Shown: positions 22,614-33,000 of the stretch, one piece after another
How positions within the stretch are numbered: the first letter of the stretch is position 1
Layout of the letters: every line of letters begins with the position of its first letter
Origin: Botryllus schlosseri
Taxonomy: Eukaryota
Direction: 5' to 3'
DNA length: 33,000 nucleotides
NCBI GenBank assembly: GCA_051294905.1
Contig: CM119386.1
Coordinates: 11,904,001-11,937,000 of the forward strand
Made by a program: the position numbers and the translations under genes
Notes under the pieces: model-generated
The model's database searches: none
Seen by the model: only the letters and a program-made list of their open reading frames with translations
Told to the model about the DNA's origin: nothing

Positions 22614-24137
22614 CAGCTGTCGCCCACCTCTGCCTCTCGCATTATACTGCTATAACCCGGATGCCAACGCAATTTTACGCGATTCTCAATTACAATGAAA
22701 CTATCACGTTCTCTATTATAGTCGCGATATCGACTTTCAAATGTGATGTTAGAATATAGGAAGCGACTTTGTGACAGCGGTAAACGTGATTATAGAGAAA
22801 TGCATTCTAAACTCTGAAACTCTGAAACTCTGAATCTTTTTGCCGTGTTCATTATCATTTCATCAGCGATTGATAATATCGGTAATTCTCTATATCGATA
22901 TGTATAGGCCTACACATTTCCTCGCACAGTCATTTGAAATGCGTTTGAAATTTGGAGATTTCCCAAAATGGAAGTTTCGCGAACCATCTGTAATTTATAT
23001 GAGGGGATATTATAACTCTAATACACCGACAAATAGTATGTTGATGATGAATGTTTGATTCCTTATTTTATGCCAAGAACGACAGAGTTCATAGTCCTAA
23101 AAGACGGGCTCTATTAGATGTCCCTGGGATTCTTATATCCGACGCCGTTGGGCCATAAAATCTAAATAATGGCAGATCATTTTGTTCGCAATTGCAAATT
23201 AGATTTTAAGAACCAATTCGTGGTGGACTTTCGCAGCAGCATATATTACATTACAGGAAGATACGATTTGAGCAATTATTACACTACTTCATTGTGCTGT
23301 CTGTTTTATTCCATTACCAGAAAGAAAATTACCAATATCTAAAACCTCTCCCGTGTGCAGCACATGGGACAATATGAAATAATGTGACCTCGATACCGTG
23401 TAGAGGTAAATGTGACCTAGATATACGGATAGGGATACAGAATATTCATTGGGGACTTGAAGCAACATACTTAGTTGGGAACAGGGATTGTGCGAATCTC
23501 TCAAATGCTCTCGTTTGTGTGATCATGAGCATCAAGAAGTGGTTCTCTGTGAACACGAACGTCTGTCGTCACAAAGTTATAATCTCAAACTCTACTTTCC
23601 CCTGCTTAAGGTAGTGCATGTGTACGTGTTTCCAAAGCGCAGTAACATCAGATTGTAATTGTTGAATTCGAAAAAATGATGGTTTCACTATATTGAGACT
23701 GTAGCGTGTGCAACAGTGGTTCTGATCCTTTTTCTTACCGCGTATACCACATCGAGGTTCTATGATTTTGTTGCGTTCCAAAAAATTAAAGAAAAACTCA
23801 ACTGTACAGCAAAGGTATACTGGTATATGATGGTCCCAAATTTAATGCTATCATATACGCTGTGTTGCATCGTTAACTACATGACCATTATTTCCGAATT
23901 CCCGAGCACTTTGAAATGCGGATCACTATGCCATTCTGAAAGTGGAGGACTCGGCCAACCATGTTCCAGCATTATAGCATCAATTTGAAACAAGATTCAG
24001 TCCCGATCAATAACCTATCAAAGACCTGACATAGATATCTGCCGTTTCTTAGCTTGACAGAGGATTGTAGAGAAAGACATTTAGATGGGTGATCGTATGA
24101 AGATTGTGCAACTTCAAAATCAATGCTATCGGTAATG

Positions 24138-24306
24138 TCTTCTGCTTGCGAAGATTTAGATGAGCTCTTTGTATGTTCACTTTGCTACTTCATGCTGCAG
24201 TACGCGGTTTCTAACAGTCTTCTGTCTTCTACTTGCGAAGATTTAGATGAGCTCTTTGTATGTTCACTTTGCTACTTCATGCTGCAGTACGCGGTTTCTA
24301 ACAGTC
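24138..24306. repeat. Near-perfect 87-bp tandem duplication
   Basis: TCTTCT(G/A)CTTGCGAAGATTTAGATGAG...GGTTTCTAACAGTC at 24138 and 24225. Confidence 0.92.
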
Positions 24307-24719
24307 AGTCTTTTTCTTGTTGCGCGAGTTCAACTGACAACTCTTCATCTCAGTCCCACTCGTTCCTAACCTGGGACCCCCTGATAATGGTAAAATACTG
24401 TGTCTACATATTTTTTTATCTTCTGATTGGAGTCTGATTACTCGAACTGTTGTAGCGTTAGGTCAAAAAAATTGTCGAAATTGTTTCGAAGTCTAAATTT
24501 TTTGCCAACTGCATTTCGTTTGCATCGTAAATGTTTGCACTGTCGGTGAGCTTATCATACGACATTTTACAGCTTTTAGCCTACTTTATAGGCCTACCGT
24601 TGTAGACGGCACATTATCAGCTTATTGTGAATCCTGAACGGCCAAATGAAACAAATCGGTTGACATGGTGTTATACTAAACGTACCGCAATATCCTAACT
24701 GAAGCAAAACTGCGTGGGC

Positions 24720-24962
24720 TTTGGTTCTTACATCAAGAAGGGCATGATCATGATGAAAAATTGTGATGTAGAGGCAACATTGTCAGAATGTTGTTGTCAG
24801 AACACGGTATGTCACCAGCAGTGTACGCACAACTTATGTGTTGCCAGCCAACAACTGCTGCTGTAGAACGTTCTGTCTCCTTTCTTGGCAAGCTACTTAG
24901 TAAAGACAGACACTGCCTACCCGAGAATGTAGGAAAGTGTCTTTCGTTATACAACAAATCTC
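24720..24962 (+). pseudogene. hAT transposase dimerisation-domain remnant (second family)
   Basis: SYIKKG..NCDV / GMSPAVYAQLMCCQPTTAAVERSVSFLGKLLSKDRHCLPENV fits hAT dimerisation consensus P.TSA.VERSFS. Confidence 0.75.
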
Positions 24963-25329
24963 AATTATTTCTACCATAATGCGTGACGTAATTACTGGAA
25001 TTCTTCATACGTCCAGAGTTCGTTGAAATAAAGTTTTTTTCATGTAAATATTTGTCGGTGTCCAAGTCAAATAAGTTATTTCAGGCCATACTATACTTCA
25101 TAAGGACAGACAGTTCCAACCAGAAATAAAGATAAGTAAGCCAGTACAATTCTAACATTATGTGGGAAAACACCTAATTTGCATACATAAGGTCAAAATT
25201 TGGTTGAAATCAAGTTTTTTAAGGTAAAAAATGTTAAAATTGTGATTTCTTTAGGTCAAACTCTTCTCTTTTTAGGTAAAAAATCGCCCTGTTCATAACT
25301 AAACGGGTTTTCAGAGTGCCTGATCGAAA

Positions 25330-25489
25330 AAATGACCTTATTGTTAGTTAATTCACCAGCGATCAGAGTTAGATGAATATGTTTTCCGTATAATATGTCC
25401 TCGTTTTTAGATCCGTAAATATTGGGGGGTGAAAATCAGTATCGAGCTTGATAACGGGATGATTATTCGAAAAAGGTTGGGAACCACTG
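25330..25489. mobile_element. Orphan hAT-type right terminus
   Basis: Ends AAAAAGGTTGGGAACCACTG; no partner end with a matching TSD found. Confidence 0.5.
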
Positions 25490-25725
25490 GGTTAGAACAA
25501 TTATTTCCGGTGAGTGTATGAATAATGAATATTCCTGGAATACTCTAACAATTTTGAGAGTGATAATATTTAGAACAGGATATTGATTCACCAGATTCTT
25601 CCTGCTGATCGACCATTACTATATGAGAGTAGTAGTGGTAGTGGTAGCATAGGCTACTACTGTATTTTCCCGCTATACACTTGTCACGCAATCCGTAGTC
25701 ATGCATCCGTCACCTCAATCTAAAG

Positions 25726-27048
25726 CAGAGGTTCTTAACCTGGGGGCGCGGGAGGCTCTCAGGAGGGGCGCGAGAAATTTTTGTCAATTTTGTCAATGTC
25801 TGTATAAATTGTGACTAAACATGTGTTTCACAACCATTCTGAAGATACGATTATTGAAGATTAAACCTAATTCGTATTCTAGAAAGCTTGACAAACTCAA
25901 ACTCCAGCAGCCGCGCTCAATGGAGTATTGGCTGACTTCAACTTCATTTGAGCAAACTTTTTATATTATTTGAAGATTTAGAGAAATTCCTACGTGCAAG
26001 TCATTCATTACTTTATAGTTTTGGCAGTGGCCTAAATCTCTGCGTGCTAGGTAGCTGTTGTTGATAGCTGGCGAACTGCACTGCCTAAGACAGACTTACA
26101 TGCAATATAGGTTGCCCGGTTTCGCTCTCAATTTGGCTATAAATCAACACAATTTAATTCATTTCCAAAACTGATCAAATTTAGAATGGCAGGACAGAAC
26201 GACGCCGTGCTCTCTGTAGTCACTACCAGCATCAGGATTAGTCTCAGTGCAACCTACCTTGAAATTGATTGATGTCCTTTTCAATGTTTTTTTGTTATTT
26301 TCAAACAAGTTTGGGGAAGCTTGTCACCAATGTTAAAAACTAAACAACTGCAATGCGGATTCAAAATTGGCGTAAGATATACCTTATGTATACTATTATA
26401 TCAGGGGTGGGCAGCCCGTGCGGCCGCATGCGGTCGTAGAAGGGAATTTGTGCGGCCGTCTACGGCTAATTCAATTAGTGTGTGTTGGCAGCCGTAGACA
26501 TGCAAATTACAATTACGAATTCACTTCCGAATTTTCGAGAGATTTTATTTAATCTTGAAATTTTCTTCGCGCTCCGCGCAATTCCACAAGACTTCATTTT
26601 TCGATTTTAATGCAGTGGCGTCCTTAATTGGAGCAGGAATGGGAATCCTCAAGAAATAACAATTCATTCGCGGTTCTAAAAAATTTTCGCGCACGGCGCG
26701 ACAATATGCACTCCCCGCAACTATTCATAACATTGCCACTCGCGATTTTGGTGCGTACAATAGGCCGTTGTGAAAAGTAGAATAGTCCGGAGTTCACTGG
26801 AAATGGATATGGACATTTTACCATAGGTATTTTGCGTCCAGATCGTCCATAGCGGCTATGCCCTGGAATGCGACCTTAGGCTACACAAGTAATCGAAATG
26901 CGGCCATGATTAGCAGGAAGGTTGCCCACCTCTGTATTAGATGATGTGCTCTTTTTGACATGACGATAAATGAAAGGGGGGTCAGGGGGCGTGATTCTTT
27001 TGACCATCGCCAAGAGGGGCGCGTGTCAAAAAAGGTTGAGAACCGCTG
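25726..27048 (+). mobile_element. Family I copy 2 with ~0.5 kb extra internal sequence
   Basis: Ends CAGAGGTTCTTAACCT / GGTTGAGAACCGCTG; TSD ATCTAAAG/CTCTAAAG (7/8); colinear with I1 except ~26190-26675. Confidence 0.9.
26402..26640 (+). mobile_element. Family G terminus inside I2
   Basis: CAGGGGTGGGCAGCCCGTGCGGCCGC..GGAATTTGTGCGGCCGTC. Confidence 0.7.
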
Positions 27049-28074
27049 CTCTAAAGAGAATGTCGACGGCCCCAGAGAGGTCAAAGAAATGGATAACTTA
27101 TACCGGGCGGTAAATTTGAGATAGACTGTCCAAAGTATACGCCTACATGACATATGTATTCCACCTACCGAGCAGGAGTATCCGTTAGTCGGCATTCTCA
27201 AAAACCAGTCTTATGTAAAATGGCAATCGCGCACAATGCACAACTGTAGAAGTGCTCGTTCTTCTCCTTGCTGCATATCTTGAGGCCACTTTGGTTACAA
27301 CTTCAGCTCTTCGGTCGCACGGCCGCCGTTCGAGTGAGTTAGATGTTCCTATAGCTGTGCTGACCTTTTAGTTTGCGTATAAAACAGCAAACCTAAATCT
27401 CCGGCGGGCCTTTATGCGAATACTTCAGCGGACTCATTTCAGTTTACAGTTCACACGACTATATGTCATCTCTAGTCTACATTCGGGATGAAACAAGTGC
27501 GCGCTGCAAAGCATTGGAAGCCCTAACCTATTTTCAGGCACCCAAAACCAACCAGCCCATTCAATCCACACCCGATACCGGTGCGATACTGCTTGTTGTC
27601 TTACCGTCGGTGATAGACGAATCGCAAAGCCAGATTGGGCGAGTTCCATTTTATAAGCTGCAACACCGTTGTTGGTTCTTCCTTTATAACAAAACGTGAA
27701 GAGGCTGTATTAATATCTAGCCTGTATTATTAACGAGCATGTCCATTGTCCAGCTCCAGTGTCCACATTCAAATCGAAATACAAGCAATTTCTACTGAAT
27801 CAATACTAGTCATCCCTCTAGATTACCAGACCCAATCTGACGTATCGACCTCGCCCATTGACACAAGCAGCATTCATTTTTGTCGCTTCTTTTTATGCTA
27901 TCCTTTCTTTGTACAGCTGTACAAGTGTACATGCCTCTTATTTACATGCTGTAGGCCAATGTGGGTATCTGATTGAAGACTACTCCAAGACCTTTCTTGA
28001 TCTTCCTATCTTTTCATTATATCGCAACCCTGTGGGTGCTGATTTGATTAAAAAAATATTAAAATGATGAAGTT

Positions 28075-28098
28075 GATGATGATGATGATGATGATGAT
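28075..28098. repeat. (GAT)8 microsatellite
   Basis: Direct inspection. Confidence 0.95.
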
Positions 28099-28099
28099 A

Positions 28100-28195
28100 T
28101 ACGCACTCTATGGGCTGCCGCTGTCGTGGGTATGGTCATTCCTTATTTGCCGAGATGCTGTTAAGTTGTACGTCTTGCTAATATTAAAGTAGTAT
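28100..28195 (-). repeat. Short dispersed repeat (second copy 32179-32260), possibly Helitron-like
   Basis: AAC(T/C)AACAGCATCTCGGCA(A/G)ATAAGGAATG(A/T)CCATACCCA core shared in opposite orientations. Confidence 0.7.
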
Positions 28196-28240
28196 TGGAC
28201 TCGGCGTTCTGCGTTCCTGGTCATTGCATAGGGTCTAAGT

Positions 28241-29008
28241 CAGGGGTGTCCAACCTGCGGCCGCAAAGGGAAATTTGTGCGGCCGTGGACACATAATTCA
28301 ATTAGTATGCGTGGGCGGCCGTCGACATGCGATTTGAATTTAACGAATGGACTCCCGATTTGTTGAAAGATTTTAATTAATCTTGATATTTTATTCGCGC
28401 TGCACTGACTTCAATTTTCGATTTTAATATAGTATCGCCCGTTGCAATCAGAGCCCCACAATACAGATGTGAACAGCAGAAGAAAATGATGCCCCTCATA
28501 GGGAAATGCCAACTCGGAATTGTGTGCTCTTCGATATACCGACAATCCCGATTGGAGGTCAAGGAATAACAGCAAGTAACAAAATGACCAATAACAATTG
28601 GCCCACCCGAAGATGCATCATAATTTATAACTTGCCCTAAATTTTCGAAAACCCCCCTTGCATCAACTTTATACCGGTGAATCTGATCACATGTGCTGAG
28701 AAAGGGTAAATTTTTGATAGTAATATCTAAAACTACTAATAATAATGACGAAATTCATTAGGAATCAGAAATATTTTTCGCGTTCGCGCGACTATAAGCA
28801 GTACTTAACATTACCAGTGACCACTCGAGATTTCGGTGTGTAAAGTAAGCCATATATCGTTAAATAGATTAGTCAAGAGTTTTTCGGAAATGGACATAGA
28901 CACTTTAACATGGGTATTTGGCGTCCAGCTCGTTCATTACGACTATGCCCTGGAATGCGGCTGTACGCTACATGAGTAGTCGAAATGCGGCCGTGAATGG
29001 CAAAACGT
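28241..29008 (+). mobile_element. Truncated mosaic element: G left end plus I-type 3' module
   Basis: CAGGGGTGTCCAACCTGCGGCCGC start; ~28780-29008 matches 21510-21715 and 26685-26925. Confidence 0.7.
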
Positions 29009-29042
29009 CATTGACAGTCTACTTTAATATTTTTTTTGAAGC

Positions 29043-29850
29043 ATGGCCGAAAGACTGTGCTCGCCAGATCGATTGAGCATCGATACAGAGGATTCCAGGG
29101 CACTAACGGTGTTTCGCCACTGGAAGCGACAGCTCACTGAACATTTCACGGAACTTGAGGAGCGTCGCAAGGAGAATGACCCTCCTGTGAACAAGCTCAG
29201 AGTTTTGATCCGTGCCGTGAGCTCCGAAGTCCACAGTTATATTGCCGATGCTACAACGTTCGACGCCTCCATGAAGTCGCTGTGGGAAAGGTTCGAGAAG
29301 ACTATCAACACTGTCTATGCAAGACACTTGTTGGTGAGTCGGCATCAGAATATGGGGAATCGATCGCGGCGTTTCATCACACGCCCGTGGAACTCGCTCG
29401 CAACTGCGAGTTTACTGCGGTTTCTGCGACAGAGCACCGAAATGAAGTTCAGCGCGATGCATTCGTGAATGGACTGATTAAATATACCGTTTATACAGCA
29501 GCGCCGGTTAGGGAAGAATGATCTGAAGATTGATCCGGCGCTAGAATTAACACAGATATTGGATCAAGCCTCAAAGTATTCGGCTGATGTGTCTGCTAAC
29601 AGCAATCTAGCGATGGTGAGAAATCCTGATTACTCGGGTTCTACCGTCACTGAGTCGCAATCTTCACAAAGCACTTCTGGTCGCGATTCTAATGGCGATA
29701 ATATCGCTGCAGTTCGTAGAAGAAAGCATCAGAAGCGCAAGAAAAGAAATGTCAGAATAACAGGGTGCGCAAGCACGACGGAAAAGGCTGCCCCGCGTAA
29801 AAGGCTCGTTATCGTAACTGTGGGCATGAAGGATATTACGCAAAAGTATG
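29043..29850 (+). pseudogene. gag: Gypsy gag (frameshifted)
   Basis: FRHWKR..KLRVL..YARHLLVSRHQ / GES..LARNC..RDAFVNGL; degenerate Zn-knuckle CPA*KARYRNCGHEGYYAKV at ~29800-29850. Confidence 0.8.
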
Positions 29851-29879
29851 GGGGCGCCCCGACATGCCCAGGTAAGACT

Positions 29880-30150
29880 GCCGTACCCATCTATGTTAAG
29901 AGGAGAAAGCTGAAATCCCCGTTCGACACTGGGGCTGCTATCAACTTCATTGACGCACGGCGAGCGCGGAAGTTGGGACTCCAGTGGAGAGGAGGATCGT
30001 TGTCGGTTGATATTGCAATAAAGAACACCTCGGCAGAAATCTTGGGTGTCGTGTGGACAGATTTCACTTGTTGTGGTCGACGCTACCGAAGCATCAAGTT
30101 CGCAGTAGTGAATAACCTTTGTGCTGAAGTTATCATCGACATACATTGAT
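29880..30150 (+). pseudogene. pol: Gypsy aspartic protease
   Basis: FDTGAAINFID, DTG at 29925-29933. Confidence 0.85.
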
Positions 30151-30329
30151 GGAAGAACATCGCTCCATAATATTTCCGATGGGGGGATCTTCCAACACTG
30201 AATATAAAGAGTTTGCAGATATGGACGATGAGTGGCTTGGTGATGATAATCGAGGAAAAGCTATTCCCACCACCAACCCTACTGTCTCTGTTGCAGCTGC
30301 CAACGGTCTTGAAGAATCCAGGATCATTT

Positions 30330-31080
30330 TAATTCATGACTCCGGATATAGTCCCCCTATTGCTACGCGCTCGCGAAACTACAGCGAGGATGACAAGTCG
30401 TTGATTGATGCGGAGATCAGGATGCTCGAATCGGGTACAATTGAACATAGTCGTTCACCGGGGGAGAGCTAAACTTGTTGTAGTGAAGAGTAACCGTCAA
30501 AAGAGGTTGGCTGTGGACTATACTCTGCTAAGGTAACTCGTTTCACGTATCCAGACGCGTATCCGTTACCTCGTATCGAAGATCTCGTCAACAAAGTTGC
30601 CCTAGACAAGTGGTATAATAGCAGCATCGATCTGAAAGAGGCATACCACCAACTGAAAATTCGTGATGACGAAAAGGTTTACACTGCATTTGAAGCGAAC
30701 GGGAAACTCTATCAGTTCTGGCGCGTTCCTTTTGGAGTAACCAATGGCGTGGCTGCGTTTCAGCGGGGGATGAGTAAATTCGTCGAAAATATTATCTTGA
30801 AGAAAGTCCACGCATATCTGGATGACTTAACAGTTACTGGGGCGACGGGAGACGAACACTATTGAAACTTACAAACACTGCTAGATGCAGCGGCCGAGGT
30901 AGGAATGCATATCAACGAAGAGAAGAGATAGTTCGCTTAAACTAGTTTGAATATCCTTGGTTACGAGATCTCAATAGAAAATTAGGTCCTGATCGAGAGC
31001 GAATGAAACCTTTGATCGAAATGAAGGAACAGACAACACCAAAAGAGTTGGCAAGAATCAAAGGTTTGATTGGTTACTAT
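30330..31080 (+). pseudogene. pol: Gypsy reverse transcriptase
   Basis: YPDAYPLPRIEDL, IDLKEAYHQ, YQFWRVPFGVTN, YLDD at 30815-30826. Confidence 0.95.
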
Positions 31081-31129
31081 GCTTGCTGGATACCTGATTT
31101 CTCCACTCGTATCCGTCCCTTGAACGAGT

Positions 31130-31450
31130 GTGAGCTGCCTCTGATATCGCTAAAGCTAGTGTCTGTGCGATCCGCGATGATTTGCCGTTCCATATTGAAA
31201 CCGATGCATCAGATGTGGGGATAGCCGGCGTTTTGGCTCCCGGTGGCCGCCCTGTTGCATTAATGGCGAGAACACTAAGCAAACACGAGCGGAACTTCGC
31301 TGACAAGAAGCTCTAGCTATTATCGAAGCGATCCAGAAATGGGAGCACTTCTTGAAGGGTCGTCACTTCACATTGACTACTGATCGAACGTCCGTATCGT
31401 TCATTTTCGACAAGACAGGCTGAACAATGTTCCCGGTGCATTGTCTAGAC
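31130..31450 (+). pseudogene. pol: Gypsy RNase H
   Basis: ETDASDVGIAGVL, AIIEAIQKWEHFLKGRHFTLTTD. Confidence 0.9.
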
Positions 31451-31469
31451 ATGTCGCAGCAGGCATTTC

Positions 31470-32160
31470 AACTATGCAACTCCAAGAAATTCATGACGCC
31501 CTAGGTCATGGTATGGCTCGACTGGGTCATTTTGTTCGAAATAGAAACCTTCCTTACACCACTGAAGAAGTCGAGGCTTTTTGTACAAACGGCAGGGTCT
31601 GTGCAAAGCTGAAGCCAAGGTTCCTCAAAAAAATTCCTATTCCATTGGTATAGGCGTCGAAACCCTGGGAACGGTTGTCCATAGATTTTGACAGTAAAAG
31701 GTCAGTTTCCTCATGTTCTTATATTTGTTGATGAATATAGCAGATTCCCGTTTGCATTCACGTGTAGAACGAGCACATCTGATGCCGTAATTGAATGCCT
31801 CGAGGATCTCATCAGTTAATTTGGGTTTCCAGAATTTGTTCACGGCGATCGGGGATTGTGTTTCACTAGTAAAGAAAAGGAGAAATTCCTGACCGAAAGA
31901 GGCATTGCATTCAATAACCCAACGCCGTATCATCCACAAGGTAATAGCCAATGCGAACGCATCAGACTGTGTGGAGAACTGCTAAATTACTCCTGAGTTC
32001 TCGAGACTTGCCTGAGAACAAGTAGGCTGATGTTTTGAGTCGAGCATTGCATTCTATTAAATCCCTTTTGTGTACAGTACATCGACTAACGCGACGCCGC
32101 ACGAGCTGTTTTTATCTTTTGGCAGACGCTCTTTGTTTTGGGCGAAGCTTGCCCGAGTGG
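31470..32160 (+). pseudogene. pol: Gypsy integrase (3'-truncated)
   Basis: HDALGH zinc-binding start, PWERLSIDF, DEYSRFPFAF, HGDRG, PYHPQGNSQCER. Confidence 0.9.
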
Positions 32161-32178
32161 TTGTAGGGTTTAAGTCGG

Positions 32179-32260
32179 GACAGTATACATTAATAATAGC
32201 GAGACGCAAAACTCAACAGCATCTCGGCAGATAAGGAATGTCCATACCCAACGCAGCGGG
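32179..32260 (+). repeat. Short dispersed repeat, copy 2
   Basis: Matches reverse complement of 28100-28195. Confidence 0.7.
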
Positions 32261-33000
32261 TGCAATATAAAGCAGCGTAATAATTACATAAACAATCATT
32301 AGTAACACCACATGTAGTTCGTAAAATTCCAAGCATATAAATGCCTAAATATTGTGACATAATTATGATACTGGCATCTAACCATTAAGATAAATCGAAT
32401 ACTTGCGTTATCAGCTTGTCTGTCTTGGATTAAAGTGACGTCCTGGTTTTTTAGTTATATAATCTCATGATCGTTTCTACCCACATCACATAATTTTGGG
32501 AGGTAACGTGAATTTTCGCTAGCAACTAGGAAACTTTGTCACATCCAAGTTGAGCGGTGAACCAATTCTAATTCGGCATATCCACGACGTCTGCGAACAG
32601 ATCGTACAGCGAATGACACGTTGTCGACTGTGCATAACAACTTCAGCTAACCTTCCAGACCAAATTTCAAAACTTCAGAATGTAAGTTATTGATGATCCC
32701 ACTCAATTCCGAAAATGTTCTGACGCTGTAGACCCGCTCGGGAGAAGTGGTATTGCCCGTGGCGATGATCTGAATTCATCAACATAATTCGATGCGAGCC
32801 GCGTGAACGCTAAACGTATGCTATAACATTCACACCAGATTAAGTTTGCGGGTATAAAAAAACTAGACATTCACGAAGCCACGATCATTAATTTCAACAT
32901 AAGTCTTAACGAAAATCAAAATAAGTAGGTGAGCACTGCGTAATGTGGTTATAGAACATAGGCTTATATACCCAGAAATTCAACTCTACATTACGAAGAC

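Larger units (their letters stand above)
29043..32160 (+). mobile_element. Decayed Ty3/Gypsy retrotransposon internal region, no LTRs detected
   Basis: Domain order gag-PR-RT-RNaseH-IN; many frameshifts and stops. Confidence 0.95.

Noticed and set aside
24123-24437. 104-aa Cys-containing repeat protein
   Set aside because: Explained by the 87-bp tandem duplication; no independent coding evidence
23714-25489. One hAT element from CAGTGGTTCTGATCC to GGAACCACTG enclosing the transposase remnant
   Set aside because: Flanks GTGTGCAA/GGTTAGAA match only 4/8, the left TIR is poor, and the left site also aligns with unit A (~16301-16323)
27800-28010. Minus-strand CTAVQ..ECCLCQ..IRQIGSG as a non-LTR (R4/R2-like) zinc-knuckle remnant
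   Set aside because: The His and final Cys of the CCHC motif are missing and no RT sequence is adjacent; too weak without a profile search
29043-32160. Intact or active retrotransposon, or domesticated gag
   Set aside because: Every domain has frameshifts or stops and no LTRs are present
1-33000. tRNA, rRNA or prokaryotic operon/defence system
   Set aside because: No RNA-gene signatures, gene-dense organisation or long ORFs were seen

Overview
Eukaryotic (probably invertebrate animal; species not determinable) repeat-dense DNA with no intact protein-coding gene that I can support; nearly all supplied ORFs look spurious. Most of the window is nested non-autonomous DNA transposons, many verifiable by terminal inverted repeats (TIRs) plus 8-bp target-site duplications (TSDs; hAT-type). 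Also present: one TA-flanked element with perfect 27-bp TIRs, piggyBac-like ends, two decayed hAT transposase C-termini, and an LTR-less, frameshifted Ty3/Gypsy internal region (gag-PR-RT-RNaseH-IN, ~29043-32160). When the insertions are removed by eye, the residual DNA shows an old tandem segmental duplication (unit A ~9.3-16.3 kb, unit B ~17.1-23.7 kb; anchor offsets ~7.3-7.8 kb, ~10 kb for one block) carrying decayed, codon-conserved minus-strand coding segments of a protein I do not recognise. This hidden gene is the best candidate for something undescribed. All alignments and counts were done by hand; boundaries lacking TIR/TSD support are approximate.
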